A stretch of DNA of 64,000 bases from an uncultured Candidatus Saccharibacteria bacterium (GCA_964537815.1 CAZIDJ010000002.1:996-64995); one strand, 5' to 3'; counted from the first letter of the stretch, positions 18,236 to 28,207 are shown. A program made the numbers and translations. The notes: generated from the sequence alone by a model not told the origin.

Positions 18236-19549
18236 TTAACCGCGTTTGAGTACGAGGAGTTGGCGGGCGACGACTTGGTCTTCGCGGTAATAGAGCAAGC
18301 GTTTGTTGTCTGTGTGCTGCAGTGGCACAAATTCATAGCCGAGTTCTTCGAGCTGGGGAATGAGTTGCAAATACGTGGTGTAGCCATGGCCATCGCGCCA
18401 TGCTGGAACTGCAATGCACAGCGGTGTACCTTTTTTTATTTGTGGTGCGAGGTTGAGTAAAAAGCGTTTGGTAATATCGTTGCAGATACCACGAACTTGC
18501 GTGAGCTTATCAGGGGATGGTGGTGCGCTGAATGGTTGACCCAAATAAACTTCACTGGCAACTGCATGAATGGGCGGTTGCCACTGTGTTTCAATGGCAT
18601 CGCCGTGGTGGATGGTTACAGTGCCGGGAAAATTATATTTGTCTTTTGCCCATGCGAGGTTTTTGGTAGAGTAGTCTATCATTTTCTCAGATAGATCTGT
18701 GCCATACACATTTACACCGCGCAGCGCAGCTTCTTGCAGTACAACTCCGGTACCACAAAATGGATCGAGAAGGGTGAGTGAGCCATCGCCGCTCCCGTCG
18801 TTTACAGATTTCTCGGTAGAGAAATCGCCACGTAGGTCGCCCCACGCGGGTCCTGTCAGTCGATCCACCCCTTCGTCTCGCACACTCGACGAGGGCGTTG
18901 CCCCGTCTCCTGCCACCCGCTTAGAGCTAGATTTAAGCCCAGAGCCCATAGCCAAATTCACCATCATTAGCGCAAGTTTAGGTGGGAGCATGCCGACAAA
19001 TGCATCAGTTTTTGGACGGGCTTGATCGCGCGCGGCGTAGGCATCAATATTTTGCACACCAGTGAGCTGGCCTACAACAGTCTCGTTGCCATTTTTTATA
19101 AAAATAAGCTCCATCCCAAGTGCACCGGCCAGTTTGTTGTGTAGGCTCTGCGCACTTGAAAGTGCGGGCTCAGTGTTAGGCACAACACGTACTGAACGGC
19201 CGGCGTTTTTAATGGCTTTTTTGAGCGAAAGCGCATTGGCATTGATTTTTGCCAGTGGCATTGTACTGCCATATACACTAACACCGAGCTTGAGCTTGCC
19301 CTCGGGTAGGTGCGCTAAACGTTTTGGTAGTTCACGGCGGCAATAATCGAAAACTTTTTGCGGGTCGGTAGTTGGCAGGGTGGTCAGGTGCGTGGCGGTC
19401 TTTATTGTTCCACCCAGTGTGTCTATGGCTACGTCGCCGTCAACGAACGCATAGTTTTTTGCAAATGGCTGCACAGTAGCCGAACCAAAAAGCTGTTCAA
19501 GCTCTGCAATGCCCAGTTCGGGCTGGCGGCCAAGTACACAAATATTCAT
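18236..19549 (-). CDS. SAM-dependent RNA/DNA methyltransferase, Trm11/UPF0020-like, with a low-complexity insertion
   Basis: LLDPFCGTGVVLQEAALRG motif I, YGTDL, and the N-terminal THUMP-like region; Gly/Ser/Asp-rich insert before motif I. Confidence 0.65.
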   Translation of the reverse strand: MNICVLGRQPELGIAELEQLFGSATVQPFAKNYAFVDGDVAIDTLGGTIKTATHLTTLPTTDPQKVFDYCRRELPKRLAHLPEGKLKLGVSVYGSTMPLAKINANALSLKKAIKNAGRSVRVVPNTEPALSSAQSLHNKLAGALGMELIFIKNGNETVVGQLTGVQNIDAYAARDQARPKTDAFVGMLPPKLALMMVNLAMGSGLKSSSKRVAGDGATPSSSVRDEGVDRLTGPAWGDLRGDFSTEKSVNDGSGDGSLTLLDPFCGTGVVLQEAALRGVNVYGTDLSEKMIDYSTKNLAWAKDKYNFPGTVTIHHGDAIETQWQPPIHAVASEVYLGQPFSAPPSPDKLTQVRGICNDITKRFLLNLAPQIKKGTPLCIAVPAWRDGHGYTTYLQLIPQLEELGYEFVPLQHTDNKRLLYYREDQVVARQLLVLKRG

Positions 19550-19584
19550 AGCATTAGTATAGCAGCTTGGGGTATACTATTTAT

Positions 19585-20616
19585 ATGTCACTGCGTACTT
19601 GGGTAAGTGTAATAACAATAGTTTTCTTAGGCGTTATTGTGTATGGTGCCCGACACGAGATACACCAGGCGTGGGAATTGCTCCACGAAGTCAACTTGGG
19701 CATTTTGTCGCTACTACTACCATTCCAGATAATTTCCTACTTCATGGCCGGTGAAATGATGTTTAGTTACTTGCGTGCGAAGCGTGCCATTGATCATGTC
19801 TCGCCTCTAGCTCAAGCGCGTATGGCACTAGAAATGAATTTTGTAAACCACGTACTGCCCAGCGCGGGCGTGAGCGGCATGTCCTACATGACGTGGCGTA
19901 TGCACAAATACGGAATTGGTGCTGGCCGTGCCACTTTGGCACAAATCATACGGTATTTTATGAGCTTTGCTGCATTTATTAGTTTGCTCGTTTTGTCGCT
20001 TGTCGTCATAACGTTGGATGGACGGATTAATCGATGGATGATATTGATAAGTGCATTGTTGGTGATGGGTATGCTCGCGGCAGTGGTAGCAGCCATATAT
20101 TTGGTGTCTCGAGCAAGTCGCTATGAAAAGTTTTCTAAATGGGTGCATGGTGTTTTTTCGTGGGTCGTAAAAACTGTTTCGTTTGGTAAGAAAAAATCCC
20201 CGGTGAAACTTGCGGTGATTATAGAATTCTTTAAGGACATACACGATGACTACATTGCGGTGCGTGCCGAAAAGCGACTGCTGTGGGGGCCTTTCTGGTG
20301 GGGTATTGGGTTTACGGTTTTTGAAGTCTTACTGTTTTTGACGACATTTTGGGCGCTTGGCCACAACGTCAACCCAGCAGCAATTTTGATAGCATTTGGC
20401 CTAGCAGCGGGTGCCAGCACCTTTATGGCGACACCTGGTGGTGCCGGTGCGTATGAAATTGTGATGGCGAGCTTTTTAGTGGCGACAGGTGTACCAAAAG
20501 ATATTGCGATTGCTGGAACAGTACTGACGCGCGTAATTTTGCTTCTGGGTACAATCGTATTCGGCTACATTTTCTACCAAGATGCACTGGTGCGTTATGG
20601 AAAACCAAAACGTTAG
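19585..20616 (+). CDS. flippase-like / LPG_synthase_TM (UPF0104) family membrane protein. The track ORF starts at TTG 19567; ATG 19585 is preferred.
   Basis: About 8 TM helices, a conserved TPGGAGAYE motif near the C-terminus, and a -10 TATACT 6 nt upstream of ATG 19585. Confidence 0.6.
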   Translation: MSLRTWVSVITIVFLGVIVYGARHEIHQAWELLHEVNLGILSLLLPFQIISYFMAGEMMFSYLRAKRAIDHVSPLAQARMALEMNFVNHVLPSAGVSGMSYMTWRMHKYGIGAGRATLAQIIRYFMSFAAFISLLVLSLVVITLDGRINRWMILISALLVMGMLAAVVAAIYLVSRASRYEKFSKWVHGVFSWVVKTVSFGKKKSPVKLAVIIEFFKDIHDDYIAVRAEKRLLWGPFWWGIGFTVFEVLLFLTTFWALGHNVNPAAILIAFGLAAGASTFMATPGGAGAYEIVMASFLVATGVPKDIAIAGTVLTRVILLLGTIVFGYIFYQDALVRYGKPKR

Positions 20617-21694
20617 ATTGAGCGTCAGCGAATTCATTGCTCTTACGAATCAGACGTTGGAGTATGCGTACCCTAACATAGAAATTGAGGGTGAAGTAAG
20701 TGGATTCAAGGTGAACCAAGGCAAATATGTTTTCTTCGATCTGAAAGATAGCGAGGGCACTGTGGGGTGTTTCATGATGGTATTTGCACTGCGAGTGCCA
20801 ATAGAAGACGGCATGAAAGTGATAGTGACGGCAAGCCCTAAGCTAACGCAGTGGGGAAAGTTTAGTTTGACAGTCCGGCAGATTCGCCCAAGTGGCGAAG
20901 GGGCATTGAAAAAAAGTTTTGAGCTGCTGAAGAAAAAGCTCACTGATGAAGGCTTGTTTGCGCCGGAACGAAAACGACCGCTTCCAGAGCTGCCTGCGCG
21001 AATTGCAGTGATTAGCAGCACTGCCGCTGCGGGATATGCGGACTTTATAAAGATATTAAATGAACGCTGGGGAGGCATGGACGTCGAGGTGGCTCATGTG
21101 CAGGTACAGGGTGCAGTGGCGGCTGATCAAATTATACGTGCACTTAAATTTTTTAACGAACGCGAGCAACTACCGCAGGTGATTGTACTGATCCGCGGAG
21201 GTGGAAGTGCCGATGATTTAAGCGTGTTTAATGACGAGCTCCTCGTGCGAGAAGTGGCTTCTAGTCGTATACCGGTGCTGACAGGGATCGGCCACGAGAT
21301 CGATGAAAGTCTAGTAGACCTAGCGGCCGATGAAGCTGCGAGTACTCCCAGTAACGCTGCACAGCAGTTGGTGCCCGACAGGCGCGAGATTATTGAACGC
21401 GCCCAGTTTATGGCCAAAAGTTGTGCGCCGCGAATAGTGCAGCATATTAGTGAAAACCAACAGTATGTGGCGCAGTGCATAGAGCGAGCGGCGCAGCGCT
21501 TTTCGGAGCGCCATACTATGTACGCGCATGAGCTGGAGCTGCTTACGCGCATGGTTGAGCAGTACGATCCACGCCAAGTACTGGGTCGCGGCTACGCGAT
21601 TGTTCGCGGTGACGCAAAAAAGGGCGGTATAATAGAGATAGAACAGCTGAAACAGCGAATAACGGCGGAGGTAACCCATGTCGAAAAAACCTAG
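20597..21694 (+). CDS. xseA: exodeoxyribonuclease VII large subunit
   Basis: N-terminal OB fold (LSVSEFIALTNQTLE...V.GEVS....GH.YF.LKD pattern) and catalytic core (VIVLIRGGGSADDL, TGIGHEID). Confidence 0.9.
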   Translation: MENQNVRLSVSEFIALTNQTLEYAYPNIEIEGEVSGFKVNQGKYVFFDLKDSEGTVGCFMMVFALRVPIEDGMKVIVTASPKLTQWGKFSLTVRQIRPSGEGALKKSFELLKKKLTDEGLFAPERKRPLPELPARIAVISSTAAAGYADFIKILNERWGGMDVEVAHVQVQGAVAADQIIRALKFFNEREQLPQVIVLIRGGGSADDLSVFNDELLVREVASSRIPVLTGIGHEIDESLVDLAADEAASTPSNAAQQLVPDRREIIERAQFMAKSCAPRIVQHISENQQYVAQCIERAAQRFSERHTMYAHELELLTRMVEQYDPRQVLGRGYAIVRGDAKKGGIIEIEQLKQRITAEVTHVEKT

Positions 21695-21875
21695 TATTGA
21701 TGAAAAAATGAAGTCGCTCCGCGAGCTTGTGGCGTGGTTTGAGGGCGAGGACTTTGTGCTAGAGCAAGCAGGCGAAAAGTTTACGGCTGCCACGAAACTG
21801 GCAAACGAAATTGAGACCGAACTTTCCACGCTAAAAAACTCGGTAACGGTTTTGAAAGAGAAGTTCGACAACTAG
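21678..21875 (+). CDS. xseB: exodeoxyribonuclease VII small subunit
   Basis: 65 aa, helical, overlaps the xseA end; L.ELV..FE......LE pattern. Confidence 0.8.
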   Translation: MSKKPSIDEKMKSLRELVAWFEGEDFVLEQAGEKFTAATKLANEIETELSTLKNSVTVLKEKFDN

Positions 21876-21876
21876 C

Positions 21877-22392
21877 ATGTGGAGTGTGGTCGCGCCCGTA
21901 GCAATAATAGCGTTGTTTTTTACCGTGTTTTTCGGCGCACCGTATGTGCCAGCCAAACTCCGTGACGTGCAGCAAGCATTTGATGAATTACGACCAGTCA
22001 CGAAACATGATGTAGTGCTCGACCTGGGGAGTGGCGACGGAAAAGTACTGCGCGAAGTTTCGAGGCGAGGCGCTAAAGGTATAGGCTATGAACTACACCC
22101 GTTGCTGGTAGTGGTAACCAAGCTGCTGAGCCTGCACGATGAAAATGTAACAGTGCGATGGGGTAATTTATGGAGGCTGCCATTTCCGGACGATGTAACA
22201 GTGGTGTATTTATTTGGAGATGGTCGAGACATTGCACGCATGACGGCGAAAATTGAAGCTGAAAGTTTGCGACTTGGCCGGTCCCTCGATGTGATAAGCT
22301 ATGGCTTTTCGCTGCCTGGACATGAGTGTATTGACCAGGCAGGTGCGCACAACTTTTACCGCGTGGCCCCTTTACAGAACAAAAAAGCGTAA
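21877..22392 (+). CDS. class I SAM-dependent methyltransferase
   Basis: Motif I VVLDLGSGDGKVL followed by IGYELHP. Confidence 0.7.
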   Translation: MWSVVAPVAIIALFFTVFFGAPYVPAKLRDVQQAFDELRPVTKHDVVLDLGSGDGKVLREVSRRGAKGIGYELHPLLVVVTKLLSLHDENVTVRWGNLWRLPFPDDVTVVYLFGDGRDIARMTAKIEAESLRLGRSLDVISYGFSLPGHECIDQAGAHNFYRVAPLQNKKA

Positions 22393-22405
22393 GTATAATG
22401 CGGGT

Positions 22406-23065
22406 ATGATGCATAGAAAGTATGACGAGGGGAAGGTAGAAGCATCGCTTTTGGCGATTATTGGGCTTAGTATTGCTTCAGTACTGTTGATAGGGCTAAG
22501 TATTGTTCTGTACACACAATATGCCGACCAAAAAGATAATGTAGACGCCAAAGTTGAGACAGCGATTGCAAAAGCACAGAAAGATCAAGCTGATGCTGAT
22601 GCAAAGAAGTTCGCTGAGCGTGAAAAAGAACCAAACCGACAATTTGTTGGGCCAGATGATTATGGCCGATTGACATTTAGCTACCCAAAAACCTGGAGTG
22701 TATATGTAGCAAGTGCTACTGCCTCGGGTGGAGCAGCGTTTAAAGCGTATTTGAACCCTATCTTTGTGCCATCGACTGATGCAGATGGGCAGCGATACGC
22801 GCTACGAGTCGTGATAGAGAATGATGGCTTTGATAAAGTAGTGTCACAGTATGATTCCCAGGTAAAGTCGGGTGATTTGAAGTCATCACAGACAAGTTCT
22901 AACGGCCAGTCTGGCACGCGGCTTGATGGCAACTTTAGCAAGGACGTACGCGGTGCGGTGGTGATATATAAAGTGCGCGACAAAACCGTCAGCATTTTCA
23001 CCGATGCAGATACATTTAAACCTGACTTTGAAGAAATAATCAAAACGATCAAATTCAACCAATAG
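22406..23065 (+). CDS. hypothetical membrane-anchored extracytoplasmic protein
   Basis: The track ORF 22301..23065 overlaps the previous gene. ATG 22406 has a TATAAT 6 nt upstream. One TM helix, then a coiled segment and a beta-rich domain. Confidence 0.55.
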   Translation: MMHRKYDEGKVEASLLAIIGLSIASVLLIGLSIVLYTQYADQKDNVDAKVETAIAKAQKDQADADAKKFAEREKEPNRQFVGPDDYGRLTFSYPKTWSVYVASATASGGAAFKAYLNPIFVPSTDADGQRYALRVVIENDGFDKVVSQYDSQVKSGDLKSSQTSSNGQSGTRLDGNFSKDVRGAVVIYKVRDKTVSIFTDADTFKPDFEEIIKTIKFNQ

Positions 23066-23094
23066 TCGCAAAAAATCTGCTACACTAAGTACAG

Positions 23095-23838
23095 ATGAGA
23101 AGTGAGGGAAATGTGCTTCATGCAGCGGTTGGGTCTGTTGCTGATGCGCAAAGTATACCAGACTCACTGATCGCTGCCGCGTATGAATTAACATCGCCGC
23201 TGGTGTTGGTTCGACAGCTCGCGCTTGAACTTCAATCGGGTGCAGCAGACGAGGTGCAGCAGCACGAAATAGCGCAGCAGTTGCAACTTGTGGCGGAAAA
23301 ATCACTCAGGTTATCGAGTGATGTAACTGTATACAACAAACTACAAACCACGCTATTTGTGAATCAACCGCTTAATGTACGTGAACTTGTACGAGATGTT
23401 TGTAGCGAGGCACATTCGTTGTATGAAGCACGAGGCCGCACTTTGGTGATTCGACGGACTGTACGCCAGCCACTGGTAAATGCTAACTATGATTTGCTGC
23501 GTCGCATTGTGTTAAATTTTATTGATAATGCACTAGAGTACAGCGATAGTAACGGAGTAGTGGAGCTGTATACGCAGCTAGTAGGTGGCAAGGAGTTAGT
23601 GCGACTTGGTGTACGCGATTATGGCCCCGCCTTACCGCGTCAGCTATGGCAATCAATCCAAAGTGGTTACTTGTCACCACAGCCCGTCCACGCCAGACCA
23701 ACTACTGGTGGGATAGGGCTGCGCATAGCATGCGAATTTGCTGCTGCGACTGGTGCAAAAATAGGTGCCACGCGCCATCGTGATGGTGCGAGCTTTTTTG
23801 TCGACGTGCCAATTAGTAAACAGCTGTCGCTACTATGA
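23095..23838 (+). CDS. soluble histidine-kinase-like protein with an intact HATPase domain but Tyr at the phospho-acceptor His position
   Basis: H-box reads AAYELTSPL (consensus SHELRTPL); N box LNFIDNALEYS, G1 DYGPAL, G2 GGIGLRIA. Confidence 0.7.
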   Translation: MRSEGNVLHAAVGSVADAQSIPDSLIAAAYELTSPLVLVRQLALELQSGAADEVQQHEIAQQLQLVAEKSLRLSSDVTVYNKLQTTLFVNQPLNVRELVRDVCSEAHSLYEARGRTLVIRRTVRQPLVNANYDLLRRIVLNFIDNALEYSDSNGVVELYTQLVGGKELVRLGVRDYGPALPRQLWQSIQSGYLSPQPVHARPTTGGIGLRIACEFAAATGAKIGATRHRDGASFFVDVPISKQLSLL

Positions 23839-24197
23839 CGCGAGTTGTAATTGTTGAAGCTGACGAATGGCTGGCGCAGCACTATATGCGCACTTTGAAC
23901 AGGGCGGGCTATGAAGTGTACCATGCGCCTCATGCTATTGCGGCAATTGACCTTATTGATACCACTATCCCGGACGTGATTATACTCGACATACTCCTGC
24001 CTGGTACAACGGCGCTTGCGTTATTACACGAGCTTAAATCTCATGATGATCTCCGTAGCATTCCAATTATTCTTGCCACCAGCCTAAGCGATCACATCGC
24101 AATGGACGATGTAGCGAGCTATGGTGTAAAACGTATTCTTGACAAAGCATCAATGCACCCGGATGACATCGTGACAGCAGTGCGAGCGGTGCTATGA
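23835..24197 (+). CDS. single-domain response regulator (receiver only)
   Basis: ATGA overlap with the kinase-like gene; IILDILLPG Asp, ILATSL, ILDK Lys. Confidence 0.8.
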   Translation: MTRVVIVEADEWLAQHYMRTLNRAGYEVYHAPHAIAAIDLIDTTIPDVIILDILLPGTTALALLHELKSHDDLRSIPIILATSLSDHIAMDDVASYGVKRILDKASMHPDDIVTAVRAVL

Positions 24198-24871
24198 AAA
24201 CAGTACGAACCAAAGCTATCGTGCTCAGGCGTACCAATTATGGTGAGGCTAATCGAATCTTGCAACTATTAACTCCAGAGTACGGTAAGTTATCGGTGAT
24301 GGCAAAAGGGGTGAGACGTGAAAAGAGTAAACTCGCTAGCGGCATAGAGTTGTTTAGCCGCTCCGACGTTACTATTGCAACCGGCAAAGGTGAAATGGGT
24401 ACGTTGACTGGGGCACGTAGCGAAGTATTCTATCAAAAAATTGTAACTGAGTACGACCGACTGCAATTTGGGTACGAAGCATTGCAGCAAATAACGAAAG
24501 CCGCAGACATGTTGGATGAGCCAGCTTTCTTTGAGTTGCTTGATCAATGTTTTGAGGCTTTGAATAACCTAGTGATTCCACTAAAGCTTATTAAGGCATG
24601 GTTTTGGCTGCAGCTTGCAGTGCTTCTAGGCCAAGGACTTAATCTTGCAACAGACAGCAATGGCATGAAGCTGGTAGAAGACGCACGCTATGAATATGAC
24701 GTAAATGACCAAGTGTTTGGGTTTCACGAAGCGGGGCGATTTACGAGCGACCATATAAAAGTACTGCGATTACTGAGCGCACAGTTACCACATGTAGCCC
24801 AGCATGTGAGTGGTATCGAAGCACTTATCGATGACTGTCTGTGGGTGGCAGAACGGGCGCTGGCGCACTAA
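24194..24871 (+). CDS. recO: DNA repair protein RecO
   Basis: N-terminal OB pattern AIVLRRTNYGEANRILQLLTPEYGKLSVMAKGVRR; ATGA overlap with the upstream gene. Confidence 0.85.
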   Translation: MKTVRTKAIVLRRTNYGEANRILQLLTPEYGKLSVMAKGVRREKSKLASGIELFSRSDVTIATGKGEMGTLTGARSEVFYQKIVTEYDRLQFGYEALQQITKAADMLDEPAFFELLDQCFEALNNLVIPLKLIKAWFWLQLAVLLGQGLNLATDSNGMKLVEDARYEYDVNDQVFGFHEAGRFTSDHIKVLRLLSAQLPHVAQHVSGIEALIDDCLWVAERALAH

Positions 24872-25475
24872 TACGCCGTAACGAGCGAGAAACCATTGCT
24901 AGCCAGCCAACTGGCATCCCGCGTTCATGTGCTTGTATATAGGTCTCGTGTGCGGTGTCGGCGAGTGCAGTAAACGCCTGGGCTTTTACGGGGTTGCCAT
25001 GGGCGTAGGGGCAGCCTTTTCCTAGCATAGAATTAGCAATGTGCACCGAAGAGTCGAGCGCAATACCTTCATCTGTAACAGTGAGGTATCCGCCCATAGT
25101 GCGAAACGACTTTGTGAGTTCTGCGAACGCTGGTCCGTTCATACGATGAGCAAGATCGATTAACGTATGATGAGTTTGATCGCTTAACAAACGCTCACGT
25201 GTATCATCAGGTGTATAGCCTTGGGCAAGCATGCCACGTACAATGTCGTCAGCCGAAATATAGGCGGCCCAAACAAGCCGTTGTGCATCGTAATCACCAG
25301 GTCTGTCTACGGCTATGCCGCTCATTTTTGCTGCTACGTGAGCAATTTTGTTTATGCGATGAGCACTCGTAAGTACCTCCTCGATATCAAGATGGGTGGC
25401 AGCTTTAGCGACGGGTTCGCCGTATTTTATTTGCTGCTCGAGAGATGGCTTTTGAAAAAGCAATCGTTGTTGCAT
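24825..25475 (-). CDS. hypothetical protein (216 aa); its 3' end overlaps the recO 3' end by 47 nt
   Basis: Long ORF with a TATAAT 6 nt upstream of the ATG; no recognisable motif. Confidence 0.5.
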   Translation of the reverse strand: MQQRLLFQKPSLEQQIKYGEPVAKAATHLDIEEVLTSAHRINKIAHVAAKMSGIAVDRPGDYDAQRLVWAAYISADDIVRGMLAQGYTPDDTRERLLSDQTHHTLIDLAHRMNGPAFAELTKSFRTMGGYLTVTDEGIALDSSVHIANSMLGKGCPYAHGNPVKAQAFTALADTAHETYIQAHERGMPVGWLAMVSRSLRRISAPAPVLPPTDSHR

Positions 25476-25557
25476 AAGTATATTATATCACTATATATTT
25501 ATTTTGTCTATATATACATACATAAGCCTCGTGCAGCTATCTGTTATAATCATAGAT

Positions 25558-26847
25558 ATGAAGAGTCCTAACTTAGAAGACATTGTTAGTTTAGCAAAGC
25601 GGCGTGGCTTTATTTACCAGGGGAGTGATGTGTATGGTGGCCTGAGTGGCACATGGGATTACGGCCCATTTGGTGTGCAACTAAAGCGCAATATCATGAA
25701 CTTGTGGTGGCGGATGTTTGTTGATGAGCGCGACGATATGTACGGCGTGGATGCGGCAGTTTTGATGAACCAGAAAGTGTGGCAGGCCAGTGGGCACGTT
25801 GATACGTTTACCGACCCATTGGTCGAATGCAGTAACTGTAAGGGGCGTTTTCGGGCCGACAAGTTAGATGATCCGAACAAGTGTCCATCGTGCGGCAAGA
25901 CTGATTCATTCGGCGAAGCAAGAGCGTTTAACATGATGTTTACAACTAATGTCGGTCCGGTTGCTGATGATGCGAGCATTACCTACCTACGCCCAGAAAC
26001 CGCCCAAGGTATTTTTACCAACTACAAAAATGTAGTAGACAGTTTTTACCCCGATTTGCCGTTTGGTATCGCGCAGGTTGGCAAGGCATTTCGTAACGAA
26101 ATTAGCCCACGTGATTTCGTATTTCGCAGCCGTGAGTTTGAACAAATGGAAATCGAATATTTTGTTTCGCCCGAAAAATGGGAAGAAGTATTTGAGCATT
26201 GGGTAGGCGAGTGTAAGCGATTCTTCGAAGCGCTTGGTTTGCCGGCTGAAATGGTGCACGAGCTAGAAGTGCCAGAAAGTGATAGGGCGCACTACAGCAA
26301 GCGCACGATTGATTTTGAGTTCGATTTTCCGATTGGCCGCGAGGAACTAATGGGCCTAGCATACCGCACCGATTTTGATTTAATGAACATTCAAAACAAC
26401 AGTGGCAAAAGTATGGAATACCGCGTGAAGGGTAGCGATGAAAAGTTTGTGCCGCATGTGATTGAACCAAGCTTTGGTGTTGAGCGTGCATTGATGGCCG
26501 TACTGACTGCAGCGTACCGCGAAGACGAGCAAAATGGTGAAAAACGCATTTACCTAGCCCTGCCCGAACATTTGGCGCCAATGAAATATGCCGTTTCGCC
26601 GCTACTAAAAAACAAACCAGAATTAGTTGAAAAAGCCCGCGAAGTATACAAAAAACTTGCTAAAGAAAACCCAGGCCGTGGGATGTGGGACGACAACGGC
26701 AACATCGGTAAACGCTACCGCCGCCAAGATGAAATCGGCACACCATATTGTGTGGTTATTGACTTTCAGACACTTGAAGATGGTACAGTGACGGTGCGTA
26801 ATCGCGACACGACAGAACAAAAACGTATATCTATAGATAGTATTTAA
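25558..26847 (+). CDS. glyQS: glycyl-tRNA synthetase (alpha2 type)
   Basis: RRGFIYQGSDVYGGLSGTWDYGP, FRNEISPR, class II motifs, C-terminal anticodon-binding domain; starts at ATG 25558 rather than the track start 25504. Confidence 0.95.
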   Translation: MKSPNLEDIVSLAKRRGFIYQGSDVYGGLSGTWDYGPFGVQLKRNIMNLWWRMFVDERDDMYGVDAAVLMNQKVWQASGHVDTFTDPLVECSNCKGRFRADKLDDPNKCPSCGKTDSFGEARAFNMMFTTNVGPVADDASITYLRPETAQGIFTNYKNVVDSFYPDLPFGIAQVGKAFRNEISPRDFVFRSREFEQMEIEYFVSPEKWEEVFEHWVGECKRFFEALGLPAEMVHELEVPESDRAHYSKRTIDFEFDFPIGREELMGLAYRTDFDLMNIQNNSGKSMEYRVKGSDEKFVPHVIEPSFGVERALMAVLTAAYREDEQNGEKRIYLALPEHLAPMKYAVSPLLKNKPELVEKAREVYKKLAKENPGRGMWDDNGNIGKRYRRQDEIGTPYCVVIDFQTLEDGTVTVRNRDTTEQKRISIDSI

Positions 26848-26861
26848 CGTATACTAAAGAC

Positions 26862-27884
26862 ATGAAGATACAACTACTAGAATTACGTGAAAAAGTTAGT
26901 GCTGGGGTTGCGAAGCTTGGCTATAATGATGAAGATGCACAAATAATTACCGATGTACTTTTGTACGCTCAGCTGAGAGGTAATAACCAGGGTATAACAA
27001 AAATAGCTACCGGGGGAGTGCCGAATGCTTCTGAGCTTAAGCCATTTCAGCCTGTAAAAGAGAATCAGTGTGGAGCACTGTTTTCGGGTGGTCACTCGAT
27101 GGTGGCCACCGCAAAAGCGACTGAAAAAGCAGTGGAACTTGCTGAGCAGCATGGTGTGGGCATTGCTGCCGTTAACCAAACCGATACATCATCGGGAAGC
27201 ATTGGTTATTTCGCTCGATTAATTGCAAAAGCCGGCTATATTGGCTTCGTATCTGTTGGTAACGGTGATTGGGCGGCTGTCGCACCTTCAGGCTCATCAG
27301 AACCAAAACTCGGTACAAATCCACTTGCGTATGCATTTCCGTACGACGGTGGCGAGGTGGTGTTTGATATGGCAACCGCTGCAATTGCATACTTTGGTGT
27401 TGTGGAAGCCAAACTTAAAAACATACATCTTCCAGAGGGTGTAGCTGTTGATAGCAATGGCCAGATAACAACCGATGCCGCTAAAGTACTGGGAGGCGGT
27501 GAGGGTGAATCTGAAGGTGGAGCAATTTTAACAACTGCAGGCCACAAAGGTTATGGATTATCGGTCTTTGTGCAGTTGATGGGAAGCGCCTTCTCACTAG
27601 CTGGTTTTCCGGGTGGATACAGCGAAGATGGTAGTGGAACATTTATTTTCGCAATTGATCCAGGGCTATTTGCGGGCAAAGAGGAGTACATGAAGCGAAG
27701 TCGCGAACTTGTTGAAAGCATTAAGTCCGCTCGTCCAATTCCTGGGCAAGAAGTACTACTACCAGGTGAGCGTGGTGATAGAATTGCAAGGCAAGCGGAA
27801 GAATCGGGTGAGATCGAGATTGCTGATGGTGTTTGGAGTGAACTATGTAAGTTTGTAAAGAATAGTGAAGCTAACGATAGGTAA
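26862..27884 (+). CDS. Ldh_2 family (malate/L-lactate/sulfolactate-type) NAD(P)H-dependent oxidoreductase
   Basis: 340 aa; LLYAQLRGNNQG..., TNPLAYAFP, AGHKGYGLS patterns typical of the Ldh_2 family. Confidence 0.75.
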   Translation: MKIQLLELREKVSAGVAKLGYNDEDAQIITDVLLYAQLRGNNQGITKIATGGVPNASELKPFQPVKENQCGALFSGGHSMVATAKATEKAVELAEQHGVGIAAVNQTDTSSGSIGYFARLIAKAGYIGFVSVGNGDWAAVAPSGSSEPKLGTNPLAYAFPYDGGEVVFDMATAAIAYFGVVEAKLKNIHLPEGVAVDSNGQITTDAAKVLGGGEGESEGGAILTTAGHKGYGLSVFVQLMGSAFSLAGFPGGYSEDGSGTFIFAIDPGLFAGKEEYMKRSRELVESIKSARPIPGQEVLLPGERGDRIARQAEESGEIEIADGVWSELCKFVKNSEANDR

Positions 27885-28158
27885 AAGGAAACCAAAGAGG
27901 AGCAGTGCCATAGTGAGAGAACGTCAGATTACCAAAGTACGAAATAGTACATCGCGCAACTGGGTTTTAACGCTGTTGGCTCTTAGCGTGGCTGGGTTTG
28001 TTGGCTGGGCGGCAGTGATCTGTTGGATGAATTTGCATCACGATGCCTACATGGTTTTTGCGGCGATTACGTTGACACTTACGGCTTTGCTTTTCTTTGT
28101 AGCTGGAATTACTAGCAAGGCAGAAGAGTTCTTTTTGGCACTGATCGCCTGGTGGTAA
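27865..28158 (+). CDS. hypothetical small two-TM membrane protein (start uncertain)
   Basis: Two hydrophobic helices after a basic N-terminus; overlaps the end of the previous gene. Confidence 0.4.
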   Translation: MKLTIGKRKPKRSSAIVRERQITKVRNSTSRNWVLTLLALSVAGFVGWAAVICWMNLHHDAYMVFAAITLTLTALLFFVAGITSKAEEFFLALIAWW

Positions 28159-28207
28159 ACATTATAATACTATTGTAATGTTTTGTATTTTATGCTAGTA
28201 TGTAAAC

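Noticed and set aside
18169-18414. ORF 18169..18414 (-) between rpmA and the methyltransferase gene
   Set aside because: It overlaps the 3' end of the 437-aa methyltransferase gene in another frame and runs into the rpmA leader. It has no independent signals.
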